A stretch of 64,000 bases of DNA. It comes from an uncultured virus (IMG/VR IMGVR_UViG_3300017643_000041). Taxonomy: Duplodnaviria > Heunggongvirae > Uroviricota > Caudoviricetes. The stretch lies in IMG/VR virus record IMGVR_UViG_3300017643_000041; one strand, 5' to 3'. Of the stretch, positions 53,228-62,475 are shown piece by piece (the stretch's first letter is position 1; each line of letters opens with the position of its first letter). The notes under the pieces are model-generated. The model saw only the letters and a program-made list of their open reading frames with translations, was not told the DNA's origin and ran no database searches. The translations under genes were made by a program, and so were the position numbers.

Positions 53228-54794
53228 ATCCCTTAATATTTACTTTTACGCCGGATTTGAATTCTACCTCGAAGTAGTCATCAAAGACCATAATCTTTTC
53301 TATGAGCCTACGGACAAGAGCTTCATCGAACTCAGACACTTCTACTTTTTGTTCTTTGATGAAATCCTGCAGGTCGTTGATGCGCTTTATTTGCTCGTCT
53401 CTGGTGACACCAGCCATAGTAGATGCGTTGCGTAGTTCGCGAAGACGAAATATCTCGTCTGCTATTTTGTTATAGTCCTCTTTGCCGGTAGCCTTTTTGA
53501 TGAGTTCTTTTTGCAAGGCTTCTAATTTCACATCTATTGCTTCGGTGGAGGCACTGTCGGATAGCTTCACTGCATCAGCAATGTTCTTTTGTAAGGTAGC
53601 TATAAAGGGCTCAGGATTAGTGCAGGTATTATTTATGGCTTTTAGCACCACATCCATAAGCGTAAGCTCATTTACGGTTCTTGCCACGCAAGGCTCTATT
53701 GCACTGGTAGGTTCTAGGCGACTAAGGCAGCGCCAGACAATGGATTTGCAGCCTCTGTTGTTCCAGTGGATACGCCTAAATATTTCTCCGCAATTACCGC
53801 AATATACTATGTTAGCAAAGACGTGGTTAGAACTAAAGTTTCTCTTTTTACCATTAGAACTGGTATGAACAACTCGTCTTTTTACTAGCTCTTTTTGGAC
53901 AAGTAAATAATATTTTTTTGGAATAATGGCAGGGTGGTTATCCTCAACATAGTATTGAGGCACTATGCCATTATTTTTTATGCGCTTTTTGGTGAGAAAA
54001 TCTATGGTGTAGGTTTTTTGGAGTAGAGCATCGCCCATATATTTTTCGTTACGGAGTATTTTGTTAATACTGCTGGTATGCCATTTTGTTTTATGGCCAC
54101 CAGTTTCTAGGCCATCTGCTTCAAGACCCGCAGCAATTTTATCCATGCTATAGCCTTCTAGATATTCTCTATAGATGCGTTTTATGATCTCAGCTTCTTC
54201 AGGAACAATAACAAGGTTGCCGTCAGGCCCTTTAGTATAGCCAAGAAAATGATTGCAGTTAATTTTTACCTTGCCTTGTTGGTAGCGATATTGAATTCCA
54301 AGCTTTACATTTTGAGAGAGGGACTGACTTTCTTGCTGAGCTAAGGAGGCCATAATGGTTAGCAGGACTTCACCTTTAGAATCTAAGGTGTTAATATTTT
54401 CCTTTTCAAAGTAGATGGGAATGTTCTTAGCCTTTAACTGGCGCACATATTTTAAGCAGTCCAAGGTATTTCTTGCAAAGCGGCTAATGGATTTAGTGAT
54501 GACCATATCCACCTCGCCTTTTTCACAAGCCGTAATTAGCTTATTAAATTCTTCACGCTTTTTTGTGCCGGTGCCGGAAATGCCATCATCAGCATAGACT
54601 CCGGCAAGCTGCCATTCGGGGTTATTGTTAATGTGTTCGGTGTAATGAGTGACCTGAGCCTCGTAGCTGGTAGCCTGTTCATCCGTATCTGTAGAGACGC
54701 GGCAGTAGGCAGCCACGCGTATTTTAGGAGCTTCTTCTTCTGCATGCTTTTGGGTATATTCTCTTTTGGCCGGGATTAGCATAACCTTTGCCAT
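53226..54794 (-). CDS. Large serine recombinase
   Basis: AAYCRVSTD, TKSISRFARN, FLGY, CGNCG. Confidence 0.95.
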   Translation of the reverse strand: MAKVMLIPAKREYTQKHAEEEAPKIRVAAYCRVSTDTDEQATSYEAQVTHYTEHINNNPEWQLAGVYADDGISGTGTKKREEFNKLITACEKGEVDMVITKSISRFARNTLDCLKYVRQLKAKNIPIYFEKENINTLDSKGEVLLTIMASLAQQESQSLSQNVKLGIQYRYQQGKVKINCNHFLGYTKGPDGNLVIVPEEAEIIKRIYREYLEGYSMDKIAAGLEADGLETGGHKTKWHTSSINKILRNEKYMGDALLQKTYTIDFLTKKRIKNNGIVPQYYVEDNHPAIIPKKYYLLVQKELVKRRVVHTSSNGKKRNFSSNHVFANIVYCGNCGEIFRRIHWNNRGCKSIVWRCLSRLEPTSAIEPCVARTVNELTLMDVVLKAINNTCTNPEPFIATLQKNIADAVKLSDSASTEAIDVKLEALQKELIKKATGKEDYNKIADEIFRLRELRNASTMAGVTRDEQIKRINDLQDFIKEQKVEVSEFDEALVRRLIEKIMVFDDYFEVEFKSGVKVNIKG

Positions 54795-54795
54795 A

Positions 54796-55212
54796 TTAGT
54801 TATCCTCGCTTTCTATAAGACTATATAAATATTCTGCTGCAAAGAAGGCATCCTCGAAGTGTTCCTGAGGAGTCTTAAGAAAAAAGCGGGAGGGGACGGT
54901 AAGGTCACGCACCTTTCTTTTGAGATTAATGCGTCCTAGCTTTTTGGCTCTTTTATGTGTTTCTTCCTCCACAGCCCTAAAGACTTCTTTTGAAATTATT
55001 TGTGGGTAGAAGGCGTTGCCAAGATATTGCTCCTTTGCTAGGAGACGCCTTGCAGAAGTATGCTTTAGGGGTAGACCAGCTTCCTTAGCGGCATTTGCTA
55101 GAGATAGACCCTTTAGATAACCTGCGTAAAGCATCTGTAGCTGTTTTGCTTCTTCTTCTATAATTTCTGCCTTGCCATTTAATATTCTGTAACCATAGGG
55201 TATTGTTCTCAT
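54796..55212 (-). CDS. Small recombinase-domain protein
   Basis: IPYGY; paralogue of 1-417. Confidence 0.8.
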   Translation of the reverse strand: MRTIPYGYRILNGKAEIIEEEAKQLQMLYAGYLKGLSLANAAKEAGLPLKHTSARRLLAKEQYLGNAFYPQIISKEVFRAVEEETHKRAKKLGRINLKRKVRDLTVPSRFFLKTPQEHFEDAFFAAEYLYSLIESEDN

Positions 55213-56774
55213 ACTGTTTTCAACCTTTCTTTTAGATTTAGACCACATTTAAGGTGAAAGATAGCTTCCGTTCTAGAAAGGATGGTTACTTTCTCCACAA
55301 AAGTAGTAAAGGTTTCATCACTAAAGCTTTCCTGCATAGAATTAGTTTCTGTAAAGCTAAGGAGTGCTTTAACACCTTGTAGTCTAGTGTTTTCGGTAGT
55401 CTTGCTATTGCTTAGGAGTTCTATCTCCTTGCGATAGGTATTTGCCTTTAATAGCAGCTCATTTTGTTCTTTAATGAAAAGCTGCTGACCTATGAAGCCA
55501 TCAGTCATAAGCTTGGTGAGAGTATCACGTTGCTCAGTATTTTGCAGGAGTTTTACCTGGTACGCGGCTATGGCTTTTTGCACCTTTAGCGTTGGATCAG
55601 TTTTAAGCTCTTCTAGAAGAGGCTTTAGAAGGACCTCCCGGCCATAGATAAGCTTATTTATAAGGGTAACAAAAGCTTGCTTTAAAACATCATCTCGGAG
55701 ATAGAGTAGGGAGCAGGCTTTAGTATCTTCAATATGGGTAGGGCAGCTCCAGGCGATGTAGGGATGCGTGGTAGACGCATGAATTACGCGTTTAAGCTTC
55801 TTGCCACAGCTTGCGCAGTAGAGCTTACCTGAAAAAGCGTAGCGCCTAGTATGTAGTTCTGGATTTTTATTAACATTTTTAAGCTTTAGGTTATTTTCTA
55901 GGACTTTAGCTACGGCTGTAAAGGTCTCTTTAGAGATAATAGCTTCGTGATGCTCCTCAGCTACGTATTTATCTTTCTGACCATAGTTTAATTGTCTTTT
56001 ACCTAAAGCGTTCTTATAGGTCTTTTGAAAGGTAACAGTGCCGGTATAAAAATTATTTTTGAGCATGGCAAGAATAGAAGTGGCACGCCAAAGACCGTTT
56101 TTCTTATTTGGTATCTGCTCAGCGTTTAATACTTTAGCAATACTGTGAGTACCTTTGCCACTAAGTGCCTCTGCGAAAATACGCCTCACTACAGGTGCCT
56201 GCGCAGGATTTATTACAATAGCCTCTCCGGTCCAATCGTAGCCATAGGGTGGATAGCCTATTTTGTAGGTGCCATTTTTAAAGCGGTTTTTAACGGCCCA
56301 CAGGTTGTTTTCTGAGATTGAGGTTGATTCGTCTTGGGCTAGGCTGCTTAAAATAGCTAGGAATAATTCGCTTTCCATAGTGCCGGTATTAATATTCTCT
56401 TTTTCAAAATAGACGGGGATGCTAAGCTCAAGTAATCGTCGTACTAATTCTAGGCAGTCTGTGGTATTCCTAGAAAAGCGGCTAATAGACTTGGTAATAA
56501 TAAAATCTATTTTCCCTGCCTCGCAGTCTTCAAGAAGCTGGAGAAGCTGCACTCTGCCTTCTTTCTTTGTTCCGGTTATACCCTTGTCATAGTAGAGCCC
56601 AGCAAACTCCCAGTCTTTTCTGGAAAAAATATAGGCCTCGTAATGTTCTTTTTGGGCCTTTAGACTTTCTTCCTGTGCTTCGCTATTTGAGGAAACACGG
56701 CAATAGGCCGCTACCCGTAATTTCTTTGTTGTTTTATGGGTGTTATTACCTTCTAGTTTTGTGACTTTCGCCAT
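55209..56774 (-). CDS. Large serine recombinase
   Basis: AAYCRVSS, TKSISRFSRN, PPYGY; orthologue of 422-1981. Confidence 0.95.
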   Translation of the reverse strand: MAKVTKLEGNNTHKTTKKLRVAAYCRVSSNSEAQEESLKAQKEHYEAYIFSRKDWEFAGLYYDKGITGTKKEGRVQLLQLLEDCEAGKIDFIITKSISRFSRNTTDCLELVRRLLELSIPVYFEKENINTGTMESELFLAILSSLAQDESTSISENNLWAVKNRFKNGTYKIGYPPYGYDWTGEAIVINPAQAPVVRRIFAEALSGKGTHSIAKVLNAEQIPNKKNGLWRATSILAMLKNNFYTGTVTFQKTYKNALGKRQLNYGQKDKYVAEEHHEAIISKETFTAVAKVLENNLKLKNVNKNPELHTRRYAFSGKLYCASCGKKLKRVIHASTTHPYIAWSCPTHIEDTKACSLLYLRDDVLKQAFVTLINKLIYGREVLLKPLLEELKTDPTLKVQKAIAAYQVKLLQNTEQRDTLTKLMTDGFIGQQLFIKEQNELLLKANTYRKEIELLSNSKTTENTRLQGVKALLSFTETNSMQESFSDETFTTFVEKVTILSRTEAIFHLKCGLNLKERLKTV

Positions 56775-56822
56775 GCTGAATCCTCCTTTGTTAGTGTCAC
56801 ATATTACCTCTAAAACCTAGTA

Positions 56823-56999
56823 TTAGCAACGTATTTCAGGTAATAGTTCTACTAAAAATGGTTTAAAATTAGCTCTGTTTAGTTCTGTTATTTTTGTAAA
56901 TTCTTTTGCTGAAATAAGGCCCTTTGCTAGGAGCGCTTTAGCTAGTTTCTGCGCTAAATAATAATTAAGCTCCTGATTCATTACTTTGCATTTTTCCAT
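56823..56999 (-). CDS. SHOCT-like small protein (not in ORF track)
   Basis: NYYLAQKLAKALLAKGLISAKEF; homologue of 2023-2232. Confidence 0.7.
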   Translation of the reverse strand: MEKCKVMNQELNYYLAQKLAKALLAKGLISAKEFTKITELNRANFKPFLVELLPEIRC

Positions 57000-57040
57000 A
57001 GTGAACTCCTTTTCCGAAGGAAAGTACCTTCACTATCCAA

Positions 57041-57286
57041 TGGAGTTTAGAAGGGTGATTTGACGAAAAAAACACAAAAATTCTTTAACTTCCTTATATA
57101 GAAAAAGCTGCTCGAAAATTAATCGGGCAGTTTTTTTTGTGTTTTTTCATATTTTTTTCGTCAAACAGGGGTGCTCACCTCCATTGGTAGGTAGAGGGGT
57201 AAGTAAACCTACTTTTACTACCAAAAAGAAAAAAGTTAAAATTTTTTGAAAAAGTTTCGTCAAATGGGGGTGCTCACCTCCATTGG
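57041..57286. promoter_or_regulatory. Divergent control region with three motif A copies
   Basis: Minus copy at 57041-57066; plus copies at 57158 and 57257. Confidence 0.65.
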
Positions 57287-57335
57287 TAGATAGAAGAGGT
57301 TAACTAAACCAGACTCTTCTAGGAGGTGAAAGAAA

Positions 57336-57521
57336 ATGCAAAACAAAAACGGACAAGGCTTAGAGCAAGACTTAGCTGTGGTGCTAATAGCAATTAGTAA
57401 GGTTACTAAGGTAATGGCTACGCAGCTACAACATCAAAAACAGAAGGGAGGCAGAGATTATGACGGATGCAAGTTTAAAAGAAGCTGTAGCAGAATTACA
57501 AGCTGTAGTTGTGAGTATTAA
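57336..57521 (+). CDS. Small phage protein
   Basis: Homologue of 2481-2678. Confidence 0.6.
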   Translation: MQNKNGQGLEQDLAVVLIAISKVTKVMATQLQHQKQKGGRDYDGCKFKRSCSRITSCSCEY

Positions 57522-57753
57522 TGGAGTGCTTGCTTTACTTTCTGGCAAGGATGAAAATCCGGAGGAAAAGAAAGCCGTGAGCATTTCGCTAGAAGAAGTA
57601 AGGGCTAGCCTGGTAAAAACTTCTAGAGCGGGTTTTAGAGAAGAAGTAAAAGCTTTGCTTACGAAATATGGTGCGAAAACCTTATCTGAGGTAAAGCAGG
57701 AAAGCTATGCAGCTCTAAAGCTAGAAGCGGAGGAGTTAGGAAATGGCAAGTAA
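57460..57753 (+). CDS. Conserved replication-module protein
   Basis: Homologue of 2623-2925. Confidence 0.8.
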   Translation: MTDASLKEAVAELQAVVVSINGVLALLSGKDENPEEKKAVSISLEEVRASLVKTSRAGFREEVKALLTKYGAKTLSEVKQESYAALKLEAEELGNGK

Positions 57754-58870
57754 TGGACATGCCTTTTTATCCGCCTCAGCCGCTAATCGTTGGCTTCATT
57801 GTCCGCCTTCAGCTAGGTTAAGCGCAAAGTATAAGGATATTACTACAGAATATGCAGCAGAGGGTACAGAAGCCCATGCACTTTGTGAGTTTAAACTGAG
57901 AAGTGCTTTAGGCGAAGAGGCCACCTGCCCCATAGAAGCAATGGAACGTTATTCCGAGGAAATGGAAGAATGTGCTGAGGGCTATGTGAGCTTTGTAATG
58001 GAGGAGCTAGAAGCTGCTAAAAAGCTTTGTAAGGACCCAGTGGTGTTAGTGGAAGAACGTGTAGACTTCTCCCGTTGGGTGAAAAACGGCTTTGGAACAG
58101 CAGATGCAATTGTAGTCGCAGATCAGGTTTTAAGTATTTGTGACTATAAGCACGGCTTAGGTCATGTAGTAGATGCCTTTAAGAATCCTCAGCTTTTGTG
58201 CTACGCCTTAGGTGCTTTAGAAATCTTTGAAGACTTTTATGACATAGACACAATTAAGATGACCATCTACCAACCGAGGCGCAGCAATGTAAGCTCCTAC
58301 GAAATTACTAGGGAGGAGCTTTATAAATGGGCTGAGGAGGTATTAAAGCCTACAGCAGATTTGGCCTTTAGTGGTAGTGGTAAGTTTCTTTGTGGGGAGT
58401 GGTGTTCCTTCTGTAAGGTAAAGCATGAATGTCGAGCTAGAGCTGAGGCTAATTTACTTTTAGCTCAATATGACTTTAAAAAGCCACCACTTCTAGAACA
58501 AACGGAAATTGAAGAGATTTTGTCTAAGGTAGAGCAGTTTATAAGCTGGGCCAATGATGTGAAGGATTATGCATTGCAGCAGGCCATGAGCGGTAAACGC
58601 TGGCAGGGCTGGAAACTGGTAGAAGGTCGCGCTATTCGTAAATATAGTAGCGAAGCTGCTGTAATAAAAACAGTAGAAGAAGCTGGCTATGAACCCTACG
58701 AAAAGAAGCTCTTAGGTGTTACAGCCATGCAAAAGCTTTTAGGCAAGCAGCAATTTGAAGAGCTGTTAAGTAGGTATATTTCTAAACCGCAGGGTAAACC
58801 TACTTTAGTACCGGAGAGCGACAAGCGTCCGGCCATGAATACAGCGGTAGAAGATTTTAATGAAAATTAA
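57743..58870 (+). CDS. DUF2800 Cas4-like exonuclease
   Basis: Close homologue of 2915-4042. Confidence 0.9.
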   Translation: MASNGHAFLSASAANRWLHCPPSARLSAKYKDITTEYAAEGTEAHALCEFKLRSALGEEATCPIEAMERYSEEMEECAEGYVSFVMEELEAAKKLCKDPVVLVEERVDFSRWVKNGFGTADAIVVADQVLSICDYKHGLGHVVDAFKNPQLLCYALGALEIFEDFYDIDTIKMTIYQPRRSNVSSYEITREELYKWAEEVLKPTADLAFSGSGKFLCGEWCSFCKVKHECRARAEANLLLAQYDFKKPPLLEQTEIEEILSKVEQFISWANDVKDYALQQAMSGKRWQGWKLVEGRAIRKYSSEAAVIKTVEEAGYEPYEKKLLGVTAMQKLLGKQQFEELLSRYISKPQGKPTLVPESDKRPAMNTAVEDFNEN

Positions 58871-58884
58871 AGGAGAGAAAAACT

Positions 58885-59454
58885 ATGACTAAAAATGTAA
58901 ATGCAAATCCTATGAAGGTTATTACTGGTAAAGATACTCGTTGGAGTTACGTAAATGTTTGGGAGCCTAAAAGCATTAATGGCAGTACGCCAAAGTATAG
59001 CGTAAGTCTTATTATTCCTAAGAGTGATACGAAAACTGTAGAAAAAATTAAGGCTGCCATTGAAGCAGCTTACAAAGAGGGCGCTGTGAAACTAAAAGGT
59101 AATGGTCGCACTGTACCTGCTCTTGCAGCAATTAAAACGCCCTTAAGAGATGGTGATATTGAGCGTCCAGATGATAAGAACTATGCCAATAGCTATTTCA
59201 TCAATGCCAATGCTACGACCGCTCCAGGAATCGTAGACGCTGATTGCAATCCGATTTTAACTCGTTCTGAGGTTTACTCAGGGGTTAGGGGACGCTGTAG
59301 CATCTCCCTGTACTCTTATAACAGCTCAGGGAATCGTGGAATAGCCTGTGGTCTGAATAACCTGCAAAAAATCAGTGATGGTGAACCTTTAGGTGGGAAG
59401 GCCAGTGCCGAGAGTGATTTTGCTACTGATGACGATGATGACTTTTTGAAATAG
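58885..59454 (+). CDS. DUF2815 ssDNA-binding protein
   Basis: Close homologue of 4057-4626. Confidence 0.9.
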   Translation: MTKNVNANPMKVITGKDTRWSYVNVWEPKSINGSTPKYSVSLIIPKSDTKTVEKIKAAIEAAYKEGAVKLKGNGRTVPALAAIKTPLRDGDIERPDDKNYANSYFINANATTAPGIVDADCNPILTRSEVYSGVRGRCSISLYSYNSSGNRGIACGLNNLQKISDGEPLGGKASAESDFATDDDDDFLK

Positions 59455-59467
59455 GGGGAGACAAACT

Positions 59468-59635
59468 ATGAGCTATTATGAATTTGCGAAGCAGGTTGAT
59501 GTGTTTGTGTTATTTACGCTAATTTATCTTGTGGCAATTCTGCTACTAGCAGATGTAGCTGCAAAAATATTAACCTTTGTTTTTAAACAATACGAGGCTA
59601 TAAAAGTAAAGATATTTGGTGAAGATGAATTTTAA
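59468..59635 (+). CDS. 55-aa membrane protein (not in ORF track)
   Basis: MSYYEFAKQVDVFVLFTLIYLVAILLL; homologue of 4639-4815. Confidence 0.7.
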   Translation: MSYYEFAKQVDVFVLFTLIYLVAILLLADVAAKILTFVFKQYEAIKVKIFGEDEF

Positions 59636-59695
59636 GTAAGTACTGGGCGGTAGGAGTCTAAGCTCTTGCCGCCTTACTTTCTAGAAAGGGGAATT

Positions 59696-61624
59696 ATGGA
59701 TACTTTAAGTATAGATATAGAAACCTACAGCAGTGCTAATTTAAATAAGACTGGCGTATATAGGTATGCCGGTGAAGCTGATTTTGAGATATTACTTTTG
59801 AGTTATTCCGTAAATAGAGGGGCGGTTCAGGTCGTTGATTTAGCTAGAGGGGAAAGTATACCACTAGAAATAGAAGAAGCCATTAAATCACCTAAGGTTT
59901 TGAAGTGGGCCTTTAATGCTAATTTTGAAAGAATATGTCTGTCTAAATATTTTATGGAATGGTTAGAGCCAGAGGGCTGGCACTGCACTATGCTCTGGGC
60001 TGCTACCTTAGGACTTCCGTTATCTTTGGAGGGCGTAGGTAGTGTGTTAGGCTTGGAAAAACAAAAGCTAGTAGAGGGCAAAAGCCTGATTAAGTACTTT
60101 TGTGTGCCCTGTGCTCCTAGCAAGGTTAACGGAGGGCGCTTACGTAATTTGCCAATTCATACACCGGATAAGTGGGAGCTCTTTAAGGCCTACAATAAGC
60201 GAGATGTAGAAACGGAATTAGCTATTCAGAAAAAACTATCTAAATTTCCGGTGCCAGAGGAGCTTTGGGAAGAATACTATCTGGATCAGCAAATCAATGA
60301 TAGAGGCATTGGTATCGATAAGGAGCTTGTTAAGGAAGCTATAGCTTTAGACACTAGAGTCAAGGCAGAATTAAAAAGTAAAATGCAGGAGATAACGCAC
60401 TTAGATAATCCTAATTCTGTGCAGCAGCTTTTAGGCTGGCTGTCAGAAAAGGGCCTAGCAGCAGAGAGCTTAGGGAAAAAGGCTGTAGCAGAGCTATTAA
60501 AAACAGCACCAGCAGAACTTAGAGAAGTATTGGCACTGAGACTACAGCTGGCCAAATCTTCAGTAAAGAAATATACGGCTATGGAAAGTGCACTATGCGC
60601 AGATAGTAGAGCAAGAGGCATGTTTCAATTCTATGGTGCGAATAGAACAGGTCGCTTTTCTGGTAGGCTGATTCAACTACAAAATTTACCACAAAATCAT
60701 ATGGTTGATTTAGCTGAAGCAAGAAGCCTAGTAAGGGCTGGAGACTATGAGCTTTTAAAACTGTTTTATGGGGATATACCAGATACTCTCTCACAGCTTA
60801 TCCGCACTGCTTTTGTGCCACAGGGAAACAGGAAGTTTATTGTAGCAGACTTTAGTGCCATTGAAGCTCGAATTCTTGCCTGGCTTGCTGGTGAAACCTG
60901 GCGCCTTAAAACCTTTGAAGAAGGAGGAGATATTTATTGTGCCTCTGCCTCTAAGATGTTCAAGGTGCCGGTAGTAAAGCACGGTATTAATGGCGAACTT
61001 AGGCAAAAGGGTAAAATTGCTGAACTAGCACTTGGCTATGGGGGTTCTGTTGGAGCTCTTACAGCTATGGGTGCCTTAGAAATGGGACTAGAAGAAAAAG
61101 AACTAAAGCCTTTGGTTACCTCGTGGCGTAGTGCTAATCCTAAGATAGTAAATCTATGGTGGGAGGTAGATAAGGCTGTCAAGGAATGCGTAATAACGCG
61201 TACTGCAAGAGGCTGTTATGGTCTTAAATTTACCTACCAGAGTGGCTTTCTCTTTATTACGTTGCCTTCAGGACGGAAGCTAGCTTATGTAAAACCTAGA
61301 ATTGGTGAAAATAAATTTGGCGGAGAGGCGGTTACCTACGAAGGGATTGGTATGACTAAAAAGTGGGAAAGACTAGAAAGTTACGGGCCAAAATTTGTGG
61401 AAAATATTATTCAAGCCATAGCACGGGATTTATTGGTTTATGCGATGCTCACTTTAAAGCATTGTTCAATTGTGGCTCATGTTCATGATGAGGTAATTAT
61501 CGAAGCTGATAGAAGGATGTCATTAGCAGCAGTATGTGCTCAAATGGGTAGAACTCCACCTTGGGCTGAGGGTTTAGTACTACGAGCTGACGGCTATGAA
61601 TGTGACTTTTACAAAAAAGATTAA
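59696..61624 (+). CDS. Phage DNA polymerase family A
   Basis: Same motifs as 4876-6804. Confidence 0.95.
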   Translation: MDTLSIDIETYSSANLNKTGVYRYAGEADFEILLLSYSVNRGAVQVVDLARGESIPLEIEEAIKSPKVLKWAFNANFERICLSKYFMEWLEPEGWHCTMLWAATLGLPLSLEGVGSVLGLEKQKLVEGKSLIKYFCVPCAPSKVNGGRLRNLPIHTPDKWELFKAYNKRDVETELAIQKKLSKFPVPEELWEEYYLDQQINDRGIGIDKELVKEAIALDTRVKAELKSKMQEITHLDNPNSVQQLLGWLSEKGLAAESLGKKAVAELLKTAPAELREVLALRLQLAKSSVKKYTAMESALCADSRARGMFQFYGANRTGRFSGRLIQLQNLPQNHMVDLAEARSLVRAGDYELLKLFYGDIPDTLSQLIRTAFVPQGNRKFIVADFSAIEARILAWLAGETWRLKTFEEGGDIYCASASKMFKVPVVKHGINGELRQKGKIAELALGYGGSVGALTAMGALEMGLEEKELKPLVTSWRSANPKIVNLWWEVDKAVKECVITRTARGCYGLKFTYQSGFLFITLPSGRKLAYVKPRIGENKFGGEAVTYEGIGMTKKWERLESYGPKFVENIIQAIARDLLVYAMLTLKHCSIVAHVHDEVIIEADRRMSLAAVCAQMGRTPPWAEGLVLRADGYECDFYKKD

Positions 61625-61641
61625 ATTTTTTTCAAAAAGTT

Positions 61642-61671
61642 TCGTCAAATAGGGTGTCTCACCTCCATTGG
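61642..61671 (+). promoter_or_regulatory. Motif A upstream of the antirepressor
   Basis: TCGTCAAA 61642-61649, CTCCATTGG from 61663. Confidence 0.65.
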
Positions 61672-61722
61672 TTAATAGGAGAGCAAATTACAGCTCTTAC
61701 TAAAACTTATGGAGGTATTTTT

Positions 61723-62472
61723 ATGCAGGAATTAATCAAAGTAAGCTATGAAAGTGGAAAGCCTATGGTGAAAGGCAGGGAGCTACACACAGCACTACGC
61801 GTTGAAACTCGTTACAATGACTGGTTTAAGCGTATGTGCGAATATGGCTTTGAAGATGGTACGGACTTTTACTCATTTTTGAGTAAAACTACAGAAGGAA
61901 GACCTGGTATTGAACATCAGCTCACGATTGCTATGGCTAAGGAGCTATGCATGCTACAACGTTCAGCAATGGGGAAGCAATTTAGGCAGTATTTCATTGC
62001 TGTAGAGGAAAAATGGAATTCCCCGGAAGCAGTAATGGCGAGAGCATTAGGATTTGCTAAAAAGCAATTGGAGCTTGTTAAAGCAGAAAATATGGCTTTT
62101 GCTAACCGTCTTGCTTTACAAAACCAGCAAATTTTAGAATTACAGCCTAAAGCAAGTTATTACGACATTGTTCTTCAATGCAAGGATTTAGTGCCTATTT
62201 CTGTTATTGCTAAGGATTACGGGTGGAGCGCCGGTCGCATGAATAAATATTTACACGAATGTGGCGTGCAGTTTAAGCAGGGTAAGATTTGGTTGTTGTA
62301 TCAAGCTTATGCAGAGAAGGGCTTTACAAGTACAAAGACTTTTATTTCTCCTGACGCTCATGGAGATATGCATAATTATGTCCATACGTATTGGACGCAA
62401 GCTGGTAGGCTCTTTATTTACGACCTGCTTAAAGCTGATGCTATATTGCCAATCGTGGAAAGGGAGGCTTAA
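61723..62472 (+). CDS. Phage antirepressor
   Basis: Homologue of 6901-7650. Confidence 0.9.
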   Translation: MQELIKVSYESGKPMVKGRELHTALRVETRYNDWFKRMCEYGFEDGTDFYSFLSKTTEGRPGIEHQLTIAMAKELCMLQRSAMGKQFRQYFIAVEEKWNSPEAVMARALGFAKKQLELVKAENMAFANRLALQNQQILELQPKASYYDIVLQCKDLVPISVIAKDYGWSAGRMNKYLHECGVQFKQGKIWLLYQAYAEKGFTSTKTFISPDAHGDMHNYVHTYWTQAGRLFIYDLLKADAILPIVEREA

Positions 62473-62475
62473 GTT

